Shown: one piece after another, positions 48,212-57,873 of the stretch | Layout of the letters: every line of letters begins with the position of its first letter | How positions within the stretch are numbered: the first letter of the stretch is position 1 | NCBI GenBank assembly: GCA_963766295.1 | Contig: CAVXYW010000002.1 | Location: forward strand, 123,929 to 187,928 | DNA from: an uncultured Actinomycetes bacterium | Lineage (GTDB): Bacteria; Actinomycetota; JAICYB01 | Direction: 5' to 3' | DNA length: 64,000 nt | Position numbers and translations under genes: made by a program | The notes under the pieces: model-generated | What the model saw: the letters and a program-made list of their open reading frames with translations, nothing else | Told to the model about the DNA's origin: nothing | Databases searched by the model: none

Positions 48212-48359
48212 GACGCTGACACGATAATCCTCACGCGATCCGCCTGACGCATCCGGTCATTCGGTGGATCGGGCGACTGCGCAGGGTCCCGTTGATACAT
48301 CCGCCCTCTGACTGATCTGCGGCGCCAATAGTCGCGCCGCGCGGGTCGCTTAGGAGGGG

Positions 48360-48584
48360 CTAGGCCAGCACGGCTTTGAGCTTGTCGTACTCCGGAAACC
48401 AACCGGACTTGTGCTTGGAGTGCACCATCTTGCCGTCTACCTCGACGTCGAAGATCCCGTCCGCGGCAGGAACAAGTGTCAGGTCTTCGATGTCGTCCTC
48501 GAAATCGGAAAGAAGCTTGCCGACCAGTTCGAGAGCCTGATCGGTATAGCCGCAGTCGTAGCAGTACGTGATCTTGATGCGCAT
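48360..48584 (-). CDS. Rdx (SelW/SelT/SelH) family redox protein, Cys form
   Basis: ITYCYDCGY, GIFDVEVDG, HSK...FPE. Confidence 0.87.
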   Translation of the reverse strand: MRIKITYCYDCGYTDQALELVGKLLSDFEDDIEDLTLVPAADGIFDVEVDGKMVHSKHKSGWFPEYDKLKAVLA

Positions 48585-48600
48585 GTGCTAGTCACAGTAC

Positions 48601-50523
48601 ATGGGTGACTATGTCTGGCGGCCTCCGGACGACGTAGTCGAGCGCGCCAACGTCACGCGGTTGGCTAAGAAGCACGGACTCGGTTCTTACGCCGAACTCC
48701 TGAACCGGTCCCGTGAAGACATCGAATGGTTCTGGGACGCCGTGGTGACCGACCTCGGGATCGAGTTCGCGAAGTCTTACGACAAAGTTCTCGACGACTC
48801 GCGCGGGATCCAGTGGACGGAGTGGTTCGTTGGCGGCCGCGTGAACATCGCCGATGTCTGCGTGAAGCGTTGGAACCCAGAGTGGCCGGCTCTTGTGTGG
48901 GAAGGCGAAGAGGGCGATACGCGCAGGTTGACCTACGGCGACCTTCAAGACGAGGTGCGGCGGCTTGCTCGCGGACTTCGCAGTCTCGGTATCGGGAAGG
49001 GTGACGTCGTTGGTCTCTTCCTGCCGATGGTCCCGGAGGCAGTTGTGACGTTCATGGCCTGCTGCCACATCGGCGCGATCGTCGTTCCGATCTTTTCCGG
49101 CTTCGCTTCGTCCGCCGTTGCCGTCCGGCTGACGGATGCGAAAGCCAAGGCTCTGATCTGTGCCGACGGTTTCTCCCGAAGGGGTGCCGAGGTGCCGATG
49201 TTCGAGACAGCGAGCGATGCGGCGGACGCGTCGCTGACTGTCGAGCACATCGTCGTAGTCCCGAGGATGGGCCGTGAGGTCGCCCTTCGGTCCGGACGGG
49301 ATCTGATGTGGAGTGAGGTATGTGAGCTGCGAGGGAGCTCGGACGACATAGAGGTCACGTCGTCAGAAGACCCGTTCATGATCGCGTACACGTCCGGAAC
49401 GACCGGGAAACCCAAGGGATCGGTGCACGTTCACGGCGGCTTCCTCGTGAAGATCGCGAGCGAGGTTGCTTACCAAACCGATTACCGGCGCGGCGAAGTC
49501 CTCTTCTGGTTCACCGACCCGGGCTGGATCATGGGGCCGTGGCAGATCATCGGCACGCTCGCGCTCGGCGGAACGATCTTCCTATACGACGGCACCCCGG
49601 ATTACCCGGCCCACGACCGCTTGTGGTCGATGGTCGAGCGGCACCGCATAAACATCCTCGGCGTGTCACCGACCTTGGTTCGCGCGCTTGCGCCTTTGGG
49701 CGACGAGCATGTAACGAAACACGATTTGTCGAGCTTGCGGATCCTCGGCTCGACAGGGGAGCCCTGGAACACCGAGCCGTACGTGTGGTTCCACAACGTC
49801 GTTGGCGGTGGGCGCTGTCCGGTCATCAACTTCTCCGGCGGAACAGAAGTGGGTGCTTGCTTCCTTTCACCCACACCGGTGATGCCGCTGAAAGCGTGCT
49901 CCCTCGGGGGCCCGGCACTCGGGATGGCCGTCGACGTTTTCGATCCGGACGGTAGCCCCGTTAGAGGTGGTGTGGGCGAGCTCGTTTGCACCAAGCCTTG
50001 GCCCGGAATGACGCGCGGGATCTGGGGCGACCCCGAGCGCTACATCGCCACGTACTGGTCGCGCTGGCCGAATGTGTGGGTACACGGCGACTGGGCGTCG
50101 ATCGACTCCGACGGCGACTGGTATCTGCACGGACGTTCGGACGACACGCTCAATGTGGCGGGTAAGAGGGTTGGCCCGGCGGAGATCGAGTCGGTGCTCG
50201 TATCGCATCGAAGCGTTGTAGAAGCCGCGGTGATCGGTGTTCCCCACGACGTGAAGGGCGAGGAGATCTGGTGCTTCGTCGTCGTGGGGGCCGGTATCGA
50301 AACCGACGATGAGCTCCGCAGCGAGCTCTCGGCTCTGATCGATCACGACGTGGGGAAGGCTTTTCGTCCCGGAGCTATTCGTTTCGTTACGCAACTTCCC
50401 AAAACGCGGAACGCGAAGGTGCTGCGCCGTGCGGTGCGGGCGGCCGCCCTCGGCCAGGATCCCGGCGATCTATCGAGCCTCGAGAATCCGGCCTCCCTCG
50501 AAGAGATCGCGGCAAGCGGGTAG
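48601..50523 (+). CDS. Acetyl/acyl-CoA synthetase
   Basis: YTSGTTGKPKG, TDPGWIMG, STGEPW, SGGTE, GRSDD, LPKTRNAK. Confidence 0.9.
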   Translation: MGDYVWRPPDDVVERANVTRLAKKHGLGSYAELLNRSREDIEWFWDAVVTDLGIEFAKSYDKVLDDSRGIQWTEWFVGGRVNIADVCVKRWNPEWPALVWEGEEGDTRRLTYGDLQDEVRRLARGLRSLGIGKGDVVGLFLPMVPEAVVTFMACCHIGAIVVPIFSGFASSAVAVRLTDAKAKALICADGFSRRGAEVPMFETASDAADASLTVEHIVVVPRMGREVALRSGRDLMWSEVCELRGSSDDIEVTSSEDPFMIAYTSGTTGKPKGSVHVHGGFLVKIASEVAYQTDYRRGEVLFWFTDPGWIMGPWQIIGTLALGGTIFLYDGTPDYPAHDRLWSMVERHRINILGVSPTLVRALAPLGDEHVTKHDLSSLRILGSTGEPWNTEPYVWFHNVVGGGRCPVINFSGGTEVGACFLSPTPVMPLKACSLGGPALGMAVDVFDPDGSPVRGGVGELVCTKPWPGMTRGIWGDPERYIATYWSRWPNVWVHGDWASIDSDGDWYLHGRSDDTLNVAGKRVGPAEIESVLVSHRSVVEAAVIGVPHDVKGEEIWCFVVVGAGIETDDELRSELSALIDHDVGKAFRPGAIRFVTQLPKTRNAKVLRRAVRAAALGQDPGDLSSLENPASLEEIAASG

Positions 50524-50531
50524 GTAAGAGG

Positions 50532-51425
50532 ATGAAGATGGAATTCCGAGTCACGCATCCCGAGAAGGTCCTCTACCCGAGAGATGGCTACACCAAGGCC
50601 GACGTCGTCGGCTACTACGTCGAGGTCGCCGACGCGATGCTGCCGTATATGCGAAATCATCCGGTCGCGCTGCTGCGTTTCAACGATGGACTGGACGGCG
50701 AGCGGTTCTTCCACAAACGCACGCCGAAGTACTTTCCGGAGTACATCGAGCGCGTTCAGCTGACCATCAGCGACGAGAAAGTGAACTATTCGGTGATCAA
50801 CAACGTCGAAGCGCTCGCGTATGTTGCAAACCACAACTCCATCGAGCTCCACCTGCTTACAGTGCGCTCCGACGATCTTTGGCATCCCGACCGGATGGTG
50901 TTCGACCTCGATCCGTCCACCGATGACTTCGAACAGGTTCGAGAAGCGACGCGATGGCTTCGAGAACTTCTGGGCGAGCTCGGCCTCGTGGGTTTCGTGA
51001 TGACCAGCGGCTCGCGCGGTCTGCACACCTGGGTTCCGTTGGATCGCAAAGCCAACGTGGAGGAAACTCACGCCTTCGTGAACGATGTCGCGCGTGTGCT
51101 GGTCGAACGCTATCCCGACATTCTCACGACGGAGTTCTCAAAAGCCGATCGCGGAGACCGGATCTACTTCGACGTTGCGCGCAACGCTCCCGGGCAGCAC
51201 GCGGTTGCTCCGTACTCGCTTCGCGCTAGGGACGGTGCGCCGGTGGCGATGCCGATCACCTGGGACGAGCTTGAGGACAAGAAGGTCACGCCTCAACGGT
51301 GGAACATCAAGAACGTTGCCGAACGGATCGGTAGCGATCCATGGGCCGGTATGCACGCGAAGAAGGCCAAGTCCCTGACGACCGCTCGGAAAAAGCTCGA
51401 CAAGCTGCTGCCGGCATCGGATTGA
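50532..51425 (+). CDS. Stand-alone LigD-type primase-polymerase (Prim-Pol)
   Basis: THPEKVLYP, RFNDG, IELH, FDLDP, TSGSRGLH, D..RN, APYSLR. Confidence 0.92.
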   Translation: MKMEFRVTHPEKVLYPRDGYTKADVVGYYVEVADAMLPYMRNHPVALLRFNDGLDGERFFHKRTPKYFPEYIERVQLTISDEKVNYSVINNVEALAYVANHNSIELHLLTVRSDDLWHPDRMVFDLDPSTDDFEQVREATRWLRELLGELGLVGFVMTSGSRGLHTWVPLDRKANVEETHAFVNDVARVLVERYPDILTTEFSKADRGDRIYFDVARNAPGQHAVAPYSLRARDGAPVAMPITWDELEDKKVTPQRWNIKNVAERIGSDPWAGMHAKKAKSLTTARKKLDKLLPASD

Positions 51426-51482
51426 GCTAAGCGCTTCAGGCTCTGTAGTGTTCGTTGGTCCATCTGACACAAGGAGTGGCAC

Positions 51483-52319
51483 ATGCCTGCGATCTCGTCC
51501 GACCTGGTTGGCCTGAAGGGTGATCCCGTCCCTTACTCATGGGACTCGAAGGACGTCATGCTCTACAACTTCGGCGTAGGGGCTCGTCCCTACGACGACC
51601 TCGACTTCCTGTTCGAGGGCAAGGGTCCGAAGGTTCTGCCGACATTCGCCGTTATCGGCGGCATGGCCGGCATGGGCGTCATGGGACAGATAGAAGGCAT
51701 CAATCCGATGCTGATCCTGCACGGCTCGGAGTCGATCACTTTGCACCGCGAGCTCCCGCCGGACGCAAAAGTCACATTGCAGGGTGAACTGACCGAGATC
51801 TGGGACAAAGGCCAGGCGGCCGTCATCGGCATCGAGACGACGGCATCCGACGACAAGGGTCCGCTGTTCACGGCGAAGGCGAGCATCTTTGCGCGCGGCG
51901 CCGGCGGATTCGGCGGCGAGCGCGGTCCTTCGGCCAAGGGATTCAACGAGCCACCGGAGCGTGAGCCCGACCATGTGATTTCAGAGGAGACTCGCTTTGA
52001 GCAAGCGGCGGTCTACCGCTTGTCCGGCGACCGCAACCCGTTGCACATCGATCCCGAGTTCGCGAAGGTCGGCGGCTTCGAAACGCCGATTCTCCACGGA
52101 CTCTGCACATATGGGTTCGTTGGCCGAGCGATCTTGAAGGCCGTTTGTAGCAACGACCCGGCTAATTTCAAGTCATTCGACGCGCGCTTCGCCGACGTCG
52201 TCTATCCCGGTGACACCATCACCACGAAGCTTTGGGTGGACGGCAAAGAGGCGATCGTGCAGGCCGAGACGCAGAGGGGGAACGTGGTCATCGCGAACGC
52301 CAAGGCAACGTTCGCCTAG
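51483..52319 (+). CDS. MaoC-type double hot-dog (R)-enoyl-CoA hydratase
   Basis: LPTFAV, RGAGGFGG, YRLSGDRNPLHIDP, ILHGLCTYG. Confidence 0.92.
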   Translation: MPAISSDLVGLKGDPVPYSWDSKDVMLYNFGVGARPYDDLDFLFEGKGPKVLPTFAVIGGMAGMGVMGQIEGINPMLILHGSESITLHRELPPDAKVTLQGELTEIWDKGQAAVIGIETTASDDKGPLFTAKASIFARGAGGFGGERGPSAKGFNEPPEREPDHVISEETRFEQAAVYRLSGDRNPLHIDPEFAKVGGFETPILHGLCTYGFVGRAILKAVCSNDPANFKSFDARFADVVYPGDTITTKLWVDGKEAIVQAETQRGNVVIANAKATFA

Positions 52320-53231
52320 TTACAGCTCGATACCGAGCAGGGAGCCGAGCACTCGTCCGATCCCGAACGAGATCACGGCGACTCCGAGACCCAGCGCAAG
52401 CATGATTCCGAAGCGCCGACGGAAGGACGCTCCTTGCATCACCGATGAATAGAACGAGAACGCCGCGATGATCACGACCGCCGACGCCCACGAGATCACC
52501 AGAGCAATACGGCGGTCGGAAAGAATGAAGAAGGGCAGGACGAGCCCGACGACGACCACGATGTACGCGATCCCGGTGTAGGCCGCGGCTTTCCCGGGCT
52601 TTAGTTCGGACTCCTCGCCGATCTCAACGGACAAGAAGTTCGACGCCGCCATCGACATCGACGCGGCCACACCGACGACGAGGGCCGCGAATCCGACGAG
52701 CTTCGGGTCCGAGATGGAAGAAGCCAGTCCGGTCAATCCACCGGTCAGCTCGACGAGCGCATCGTTTAAGCCGAGGACGGCGGCGCCGAGGTACTCGCGG
52801 CGCTCATCGGTGACCCCCTTCTCCAGGGCCTGCTCGTGCTCTTCTTCTTCGCGAAGCATCCGCTCGACTCCCATGCGTTGATCGGAGTCGAGCGAGTCCT
52901 CTGCCAGCAACCGGCGGTAAGTCTCGATGGCCTTTTCTTCGCCGCGTTCGAGCCAACGGATGGTGAAGGCCGGTCCGAGGACTCGGCTGGCGGTTAAGAG
53001 CACGAGATGCTTCAGACGCGAGGGACGAAGTCGATCCTGGGATTGGTGGCAAACGTTCAGCCAGAACTTGACGTGACCGAGCTCCTGTTGCGCGAGCTCG
53101 TTGAGCATCCGGCTCTGCTCCTCATGGGCTGCGCGTGCCGCCATCGCTGAGTAGATCCGGTATGCGAAGAGCTCTTCTGTGGCCTGCTCGTGGGCAATGT
53201 CGGCTAGTTCGACCACGGGCAAGTCTTTCAC
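52320..53231 (-). CDS. VIT1/CCC1 family transporter with N-terminal ferritin-like domain
   Basis: ExxH motifs (ELGH, EEEH), GLNDALVELTG, ASMSMAAS, about 5 TM. Confidence 0.88.
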   Translation of the reverse strand: MKDLPVVELADIAHEQATEELFAYRIYSAMAARAAHEEQSRMLNELAQQELGHVKFWLNVCHQSQDRLRPSRLKHLVLLTASRVLGPAFTIRWLERGEEKAIETYRRLLAEDSLDSDQRMGVERMLREEEEHEQALEKGVTDERREYLGAAVLGLNDALVELTGGLTGLASSISDPKLVGFAALVVGVAASMSMAASNFLSVEIGEESELKPGKAAAYTGIAYIVVVVGLVLPFFILSDRRIALVISWASAVVIIAAFSFYSSVMQGASFRRRFGIMLALGLGVAVISFGIGRVLGSLLGIEL

Positions 53232-53272
53232 GTTCCTCCGGTACCCCGGCCGGATGTGATAGATGCTTACGC

Positions 53273-54133
53273 GTGAACACAGACCTTTTACTCAAGGATG
53301 CCGAGCAGACGCTCGTAGCAGTAAATGAACGTTTCGGGTGGCAGGGCGACGAGGACGATCAGGCGTGGGACATCCTCGCTCACGTTCTCGGACGACAGCC
53401 CGACCCGGACGAGGACCTGCCTCTCGATGTCGCGTACAAGTTCGACGACCTCGTAAAGAGGCGCAGCACCGGCGAACCTATGGCCTTCATCTTGGGCTGG
53501 GTCGACTTCCTCGACTTCAAGATGAACATCGAGCCCGGTGCGTTCATCCCGCGGCTCACCAGCGAGTTCCTGGCCAGGCAGGCGATCCGGCGCATCCGCA
53601 AGCGCACGCGGCCCGTGCACGTCGATCTCGCTTGCGGCATCGGGCCGGTCGCCATCGGCTCTGCGCGCAAGGTTCCCCATGCCGAGGTTTACGGAGTGGA
53701 CATCTCCCGCCAAGCCGTTCGGCAGGCACAAGCGAACGCACTGAAGCTCGGTGCTCCGAATGCGAAGTTCTTCAAGGGGGACATGTTCGCGCCTCTGCCC
53801 GATCAGATCCGCGGACGCGTGGATGTCATTTCGATCCATCCGCCGTACGTGCCGAAGGACGAGGTCGACGACCTTCCCGAGGAGATCAAACAGTACGAAC
53901 CGTCGCACACGCTGACCGATACCTCGATCGATGGTCTCGGTCTAACGCGCCGAGTGATCGACGAGGGACGTCAGTGGCTCGGGCCCAACGGCTGGGTTCT
54001 GATCGAGATCGTTCCATCGGAATCCAACGTAGTTCGCAAGATGTTCCGGACGCACGGCTACGAGGAAGTGCGCAGCACACATGGTGAGCTCAAATTGACA
54101 CGCGTGATCTGCGGGAAGCTGCCCAACAAGTAG
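53273..54133 (+). CDS. HemK/PrmC family SAM-dependent methyltransferase
   Basis: RRSTGEPMAFILG, FIPR, DLACGIG, VDIS, HPPY, YEP. Confidence 0.85.
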   Translation: MNTDLLLKDAEQTLVAVNERFGWQGDEDDQAWDILAHVLGRQPDPDEDLPLDVAYKFDDLVKRRSTGEPMAFILGWVDFLDFKMNIEPGAFIPRLTSEFLARQAIRRIRKRTRPVHVDLACGIGPVAIGSARKVPHAEVYGVDISRQAVRQAQANALKLGAPNAKFFKGDMFAPLPDQIRGRVDVISIHPPYVPKDEVDDLPEEIKQYEPSHTLTDTSIDGLGLTRRVIDEGRQWLGPNGWVLIEIVPSESNVVRKMFRTHGYEEVRSTHGELKLTRVICGKLPNK

Positions 54134-54141
54134 GAACGGCC

Positions 54142-55671
54142 ATAACCTCGGACATCAGCGCCGACGCCGTCATCATCGGTGCCGGACACAACGGTCTGGT
54201 CGCTGCCGCGTACTTGGCGCGCGCCGGCCTTCGAGTGGTCGTCTTCGAACGCCGTGACGTGGTCGGCGGCGCGGCGGTGACGGAGGAGCTCGCTCCAGGC
54301 TTCCGTGTTTCGACGGCCAGCTATGCGTTGTCGTTGCTTCGTCCCGACATCTACTCGGACTTGGAGCTTGTGCGTCACGGATTGCAGGCGGTACCCAAGG
54401 ATCCGCAGATGTTCGTTCCCTTGCCGGACGGTCGCCACTACTTCGTTTGGCGCGACTCCGAGCGCACGCGTGATGAGCTGGATCGGATCCATCGAGGCGA
54501 CGGCGAGGCGTACCTGCAATGGTCGGCGTTCTGGAAGGACGCCGTTCGAATCTTTCGTCCTGCTCTGGAGTCTTTGGAGGCGGTCGACATCGAGCGCTAC
54601 CTGCACTCGCTCGGCCGGGACGACCTCTATCGCCGGATCGTGCAGGGAAGCGCCGCAGATCTTGTCGAGCGGTTCTTCGCGTCCCCAGAGGTGCAAGGGG
54701 CGTTCGCTTCGCAAGGGATAGTCGGTACCTACAAAAGCGTCCGCGAGCCGGGCACCGCCTGGGTCATGGCCAAGCATTCCCTCGGCGGCGACATCTACGG
54801 ATCATCGGGTACGTGGGGGTACGCGATCGGTGGAATGGGTGCGGTGTCCGGAGCCATAGTTGCGGCTGCGAAGGAGTCGGGAGCCGAGATCCATTGCGCC
54901 AGTGCTGTTGAGGAAGTTTTGGTCGTGGACGGACGAGCTGTCGGCGTTCGCTTGAAAGAGGGCAAGACCGTAACGGCGGGGGCCGTCCTGTCGGGAGCCG
55001 ACCCCAAGGCGACATTTATCGGTCTATGTCCGGCCGACGCGATCGACGAGACATTCAAAGCGCGGGTCAATTCTTGGAAGACGCCGGGCTGTGTGCTCAA
55101 GGTGAACTTCGCGCTGAGCGAATTGCCCGACTTCGTCGCTGCTCCCGGTCCGGGACCTCAGCACCGGGGGACCGTTGAGATCGCGCCTTCTCTGGACTAC
55201 CTGCACGACGCGTTCGACGACGCGGCCGGGGGCAGTCCGTCGAAGCATCCGTGGATGGAGCTGTTCGTTGCGTCGGCCGTCGATCCGTCACTTGTCGACG
55301 GAGAAGGTCATGTGGTTTCTGCCTTCACCCAGTACGTGCCACCGGGCGCTCTTGATTGGGACGCAACCCGTGAAGTCGCCTTGAAGAACGTGATCGACAC
55401 GATCACCGCCTATGCACCGAATTTTGGGGACGCGATCATCGCGAGCGAAGCGCTCGGCCCGCCCGATCTGGAGCAAAGGTTCGGATTGCCGGGCGGCAAC
55501 ATCTTTCACGGCGAGATCACTCCGGACCAGTCATTCGACAAGCGGTTCGATTACCGCACGCCCATCGAGGGCCTCTACCTTTGTGGTTCGGGAGCGCGTC
55601 CCGGCGGATGCGTTATGGGTGCACCGGGACGCAACGCCGCTCGCGCAGTGCTGGCCGACTTGGGGAGGTAG
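54142..55671 (+). CDS. Phytoene desaturase-like FAD oxidoreductase (PYROXD2-like)
   Basis: IIGAGHNGLV upstream of the track start, VGGAAVTEE, GGMG, GGNIFHG, YRTPIEGLYLCG. Start uncertain. Confidence 0.88.
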   Translation: MTSDISADAVIIGAGHNGLVAAAYLARAGLRVVVFERRDVVGGAAVTEELAPGFRVSTASYALSLLRPDIYSDLELVRHGLQAVPKDPQMFVPLPDGRHYFVWRDSERTRDELDRIHRGDGEAYLQWSAFWKDAVRIFRPALESLEAVDIERYLHSLGRDDLYRRIVQGSAADLVERFFASPEVQGAFASQGIVGTYKSVREPGTAWVMAKHSLGGDIYGSSGTWGYAIGGMGAVSGAIVAAAKESGAEIHCASAVEEVLVVDGRAVGVRLKEGKTVTAGAVLSGADPKATFIGLCPADAIDETFKARVNSWKTPGCVLKVNFALSELPDFVAAPGPGPQHRGTVEIAPSLDYLHDAFDDAAGGSPSKHPWMELFVASAVDPSLVDGEGHVVSAFTQYVPPGALDWDATREVALKNVIDTITAYAPNFGDAIIASEALGPPDLEQRFGLPGGNIFHGEITPDQSFDKRFDYRTPIEGLYLCGSGARPGGCVMGAPGRNAARAVLADLGR

Positions 55672-55674
55672 GAC

Positions 55675-56443
55675 ATGTGCTACGAGACGACATCACGCCC
55701 GCCCTATCCACCGATCACCGGAGGTGCCGCGACCGGTGAATCACTGACGCTCAAGGCATCGGACGGCAACGATTTCGCTGCCTTCTGCGCAAGGAAAGAA
55801 GACGCGGGCGGACCCGGCATAGTGATCCTTCCGGACGTTCGCGGGCTTCACGCTTTCTATGAAGATCTGGCGCTGCGCTTCGCCGAGGCCGGCGTGCACG
55901 CGACGGCGTTCGACTACTTCGGCCGGACGGCCGGCGTTGCGCGCCGGGAGGACGATTTCGATTTCTGGCCCGAAGTCATGAAGACGAAGCCCGACACGGT
56001 TGCTCTTGATGTTGCTGCCACCGTCGAGCATCTAGGCTCCGACGCCGGTGGCGCGGCGGATTCGATCTTCACGGTTGGTTTCTGCTTCGGCGGCGGCAAC
56101 TCTTTCAACCAGGCAGCGCGAGGTCACGGCTCTGGCCGGCGTGATCGGTTTCTACGGCCGGGTCGTACCGCGGGACGAGAACGATAAGGACGCCCCGATC
56201 GAAAAGGTCGACCGATTCGAATGCCCCGTGCTGGGATTGTTCGGCGGCACCGATCAGATGATCACGGCCGAAGGCATCCAAGCCTTTGGTAAAGCTCTGG
56301 GCGCTGTCGGCGTGGCCAACGAGCTGAAGATCTACGAGGGGGCTCCGCACTCGTTCTTCGACCGAGCCTTTGATCAGTTCAAGGCCGACTGCGACGACGC
56401 TTGGACGCGCATCCTGGGATTCATCGAATCCAACTCCGGGTAG
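55675..56443 (+). CDS. Dienelactone hydrolase family, apparent +1 frameshift near 56131
   Basis: First frame has PDVRGL and GFCFGG. Second frame continues LAGVIGFYG, LFGGTD, GAPHSFF. Confidence 0.82.
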
Positions 56444-56454
56444 TTCGTAAGTCG

Positions 56455-57873
56455 ATGCGGTCCTTCCTGATCGCGGGCGAACGAGTATCCGGGACACAGT
56501 CTCGCGAGGTTCACAGTCCCTTCAATGGCTCGGTTGTTGACGAGGTTGGCATCGCTTCATGGGACGACGTCAATCGAGCGCTCGCCGCCGCGACGATCGC
56601 TTTCGGTTCGACCCGGAAGCAGAGTGCATTTGACCGCTCCAAGGTGTTGCTCGCCGCCGCCGGCGCCATACGGATGAGGGCCGAGGAGCTGACGCGGCTG
56701 ATCGTTGCCGAAGGCGGAAAGCCCTACAAGAGCGCGAAGGTCGAAGTGGCGCGCGCTGCGTCAACCCTGACGTGGGCTGGTGAAGAAGCCAAAAGGTTCA
56801 CCGGTGAGCTGATACGGCTGGACACCGAGGAGGCTGCTCGCGGCCGCTTGGGTTTGGTGCGACGGTTCCCGCTGGGTGTCGTGCTCGGCATCGCGCCGTT
56901 CAACTTTCCGCTGAACCTGGTGTGCCACAAGGTCGGACCTGCGCTCGCTGCCGGCAACTCGATCGTCGTGAAGCCGGCGAGCGCGACACCTCTCTCCGCG
57001 ATCGCTCTCGGCGAGATCCTCGTGGAGGCAGGAGCGGGAGAAGCGATATCAGTACTCACTTGCTCGCCGGACGACGCCGAGCGAGCGGCGCAGGACGATC
57101 GGGTCGCGAAGATCTCCTTCACGGGATCGACGGAAGTCGGTTGGAAGCTCAAGTCACTTGTCCCCCGTAAGAAGGTCACCTTGGAGCTGGGAGGCAACGC
57201 GGCGGTGATCGTCGACGAGGGCGCCGATTTGGATCACGCTGCCGAACGTGTCGCGTACGGCGGCTTCTATCAAGCTGGACAGTCGTGCATCTCCGTTCAG
57301 CGTGTTCTCGTTCACGAGAAGATCTCCGACGCGTTTCGCGACAAGCTCGTTCCGCGAGTGGAAGCGTTGGTCGTAGGCGACCCGGCGGATGAGGACACTG
57401 ATGTTGGGCCGCTCATCGACAAGGGCGCTCTGGATCGTGTGGAGGCGTGGGTAAAGGAAGCCATCGATGCCGGTGCTCATGCTCTGTGCGGCGCGAGGCG
57501 CGAGGATCCCTGCTATCTGCCGACGGTGCTAACCGACATCCGGCCGGATATGAAGGTGTCGTGTAACGAGATCTTCGGGCCGGTCGTCACGATGCAAACA
57601 TTCTCGACCTTTGACCAGGCCTTGGAGATGGCCAACGACACCGACTACGGGCTGCAGGGGGGAGTTTTCACCAACGACGTCGAGAAAGTGTTCCGCGCGC
57701 ACAGCGAGTGGCGGGTGGGCGGAGTGATCCACAACGACGTATCCGCCTTCCGGGCCGACCAGATGCCGTACGGCGGGGTGAAGGATTCGGGTTACGGACG
57801 CGAAGGATTGCGCTACGCGATGGAGGAGATGTCCGAGACGCGGATCCTCGTCCTGTCCGGACTGGATCTCTAA
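56455..57873 (+). CDS. Aldehyde dehydrogenase
   Basis: PFNFP, KPAS, FTGSTEVG, LELGGN, GQSCIS, EIFGPV, PYGGVKDSG. Confidence 0.94.
   Translation: MRSFLIAGERVSGTQSREVHSPFNGSVVDEVGIASWDDVNRALAAATIAFGSTRKQSAFDRSKVLLAAAGAIRMRAEELTRLIVAEGGKPYKSAKVEVARAASTLTWAGEEAKRFTGELIRLDTEEAARGRLGLVRRFPLGVVLGIAPFNFPLNLVCHKVGPALAAGNSIVVKPASATPLSAIALGEILVEAGAGEAISVLTCSPDDAERAAQDDRVAKISFTGSTEVGWKLKSLVPRKKVTLELGGNAAVIVDEGADLDHAAERVAYGGFYQAGQSCISVQRVLVHEKISDAFRDKLVPRVEALVVGDPADEDTDVGPLIDKGALDRVEAWVKEAIDAGAHALCGARREDPCYLPTVLTDIRPDMKVSCNEIFGPVVTMQTFSTFDQALEMANDTDYGLQGGVFTNDVEKVFRAHSEWRVGGVIHNDVSAFRADQMPYGGVKDSGYGREGLRYAMEEMSETRILVLSGLDL

Noticed and set aside
48212-48359. GC hairpin GCGGCGC/GCGCCGC (48319-48340) and longer pairing; possible ncRNA or tRNA
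   Set aside because: No tRNA or riboswitch consensus and no U-tract; such pairing is plausible by chance.
48360-48584. Possible selenoprotein (SelW-like)
   Set aside because: The motif is encoded TGC-TAC-GAC-TGC (CxxC); there is no in-frame TGA.
52320-53231. Ferritin-like/VIT1 fusion as a novel architecture
   Set aside because: Matches the known MbfA-like / rubrerythrin-VIT1 architecture.
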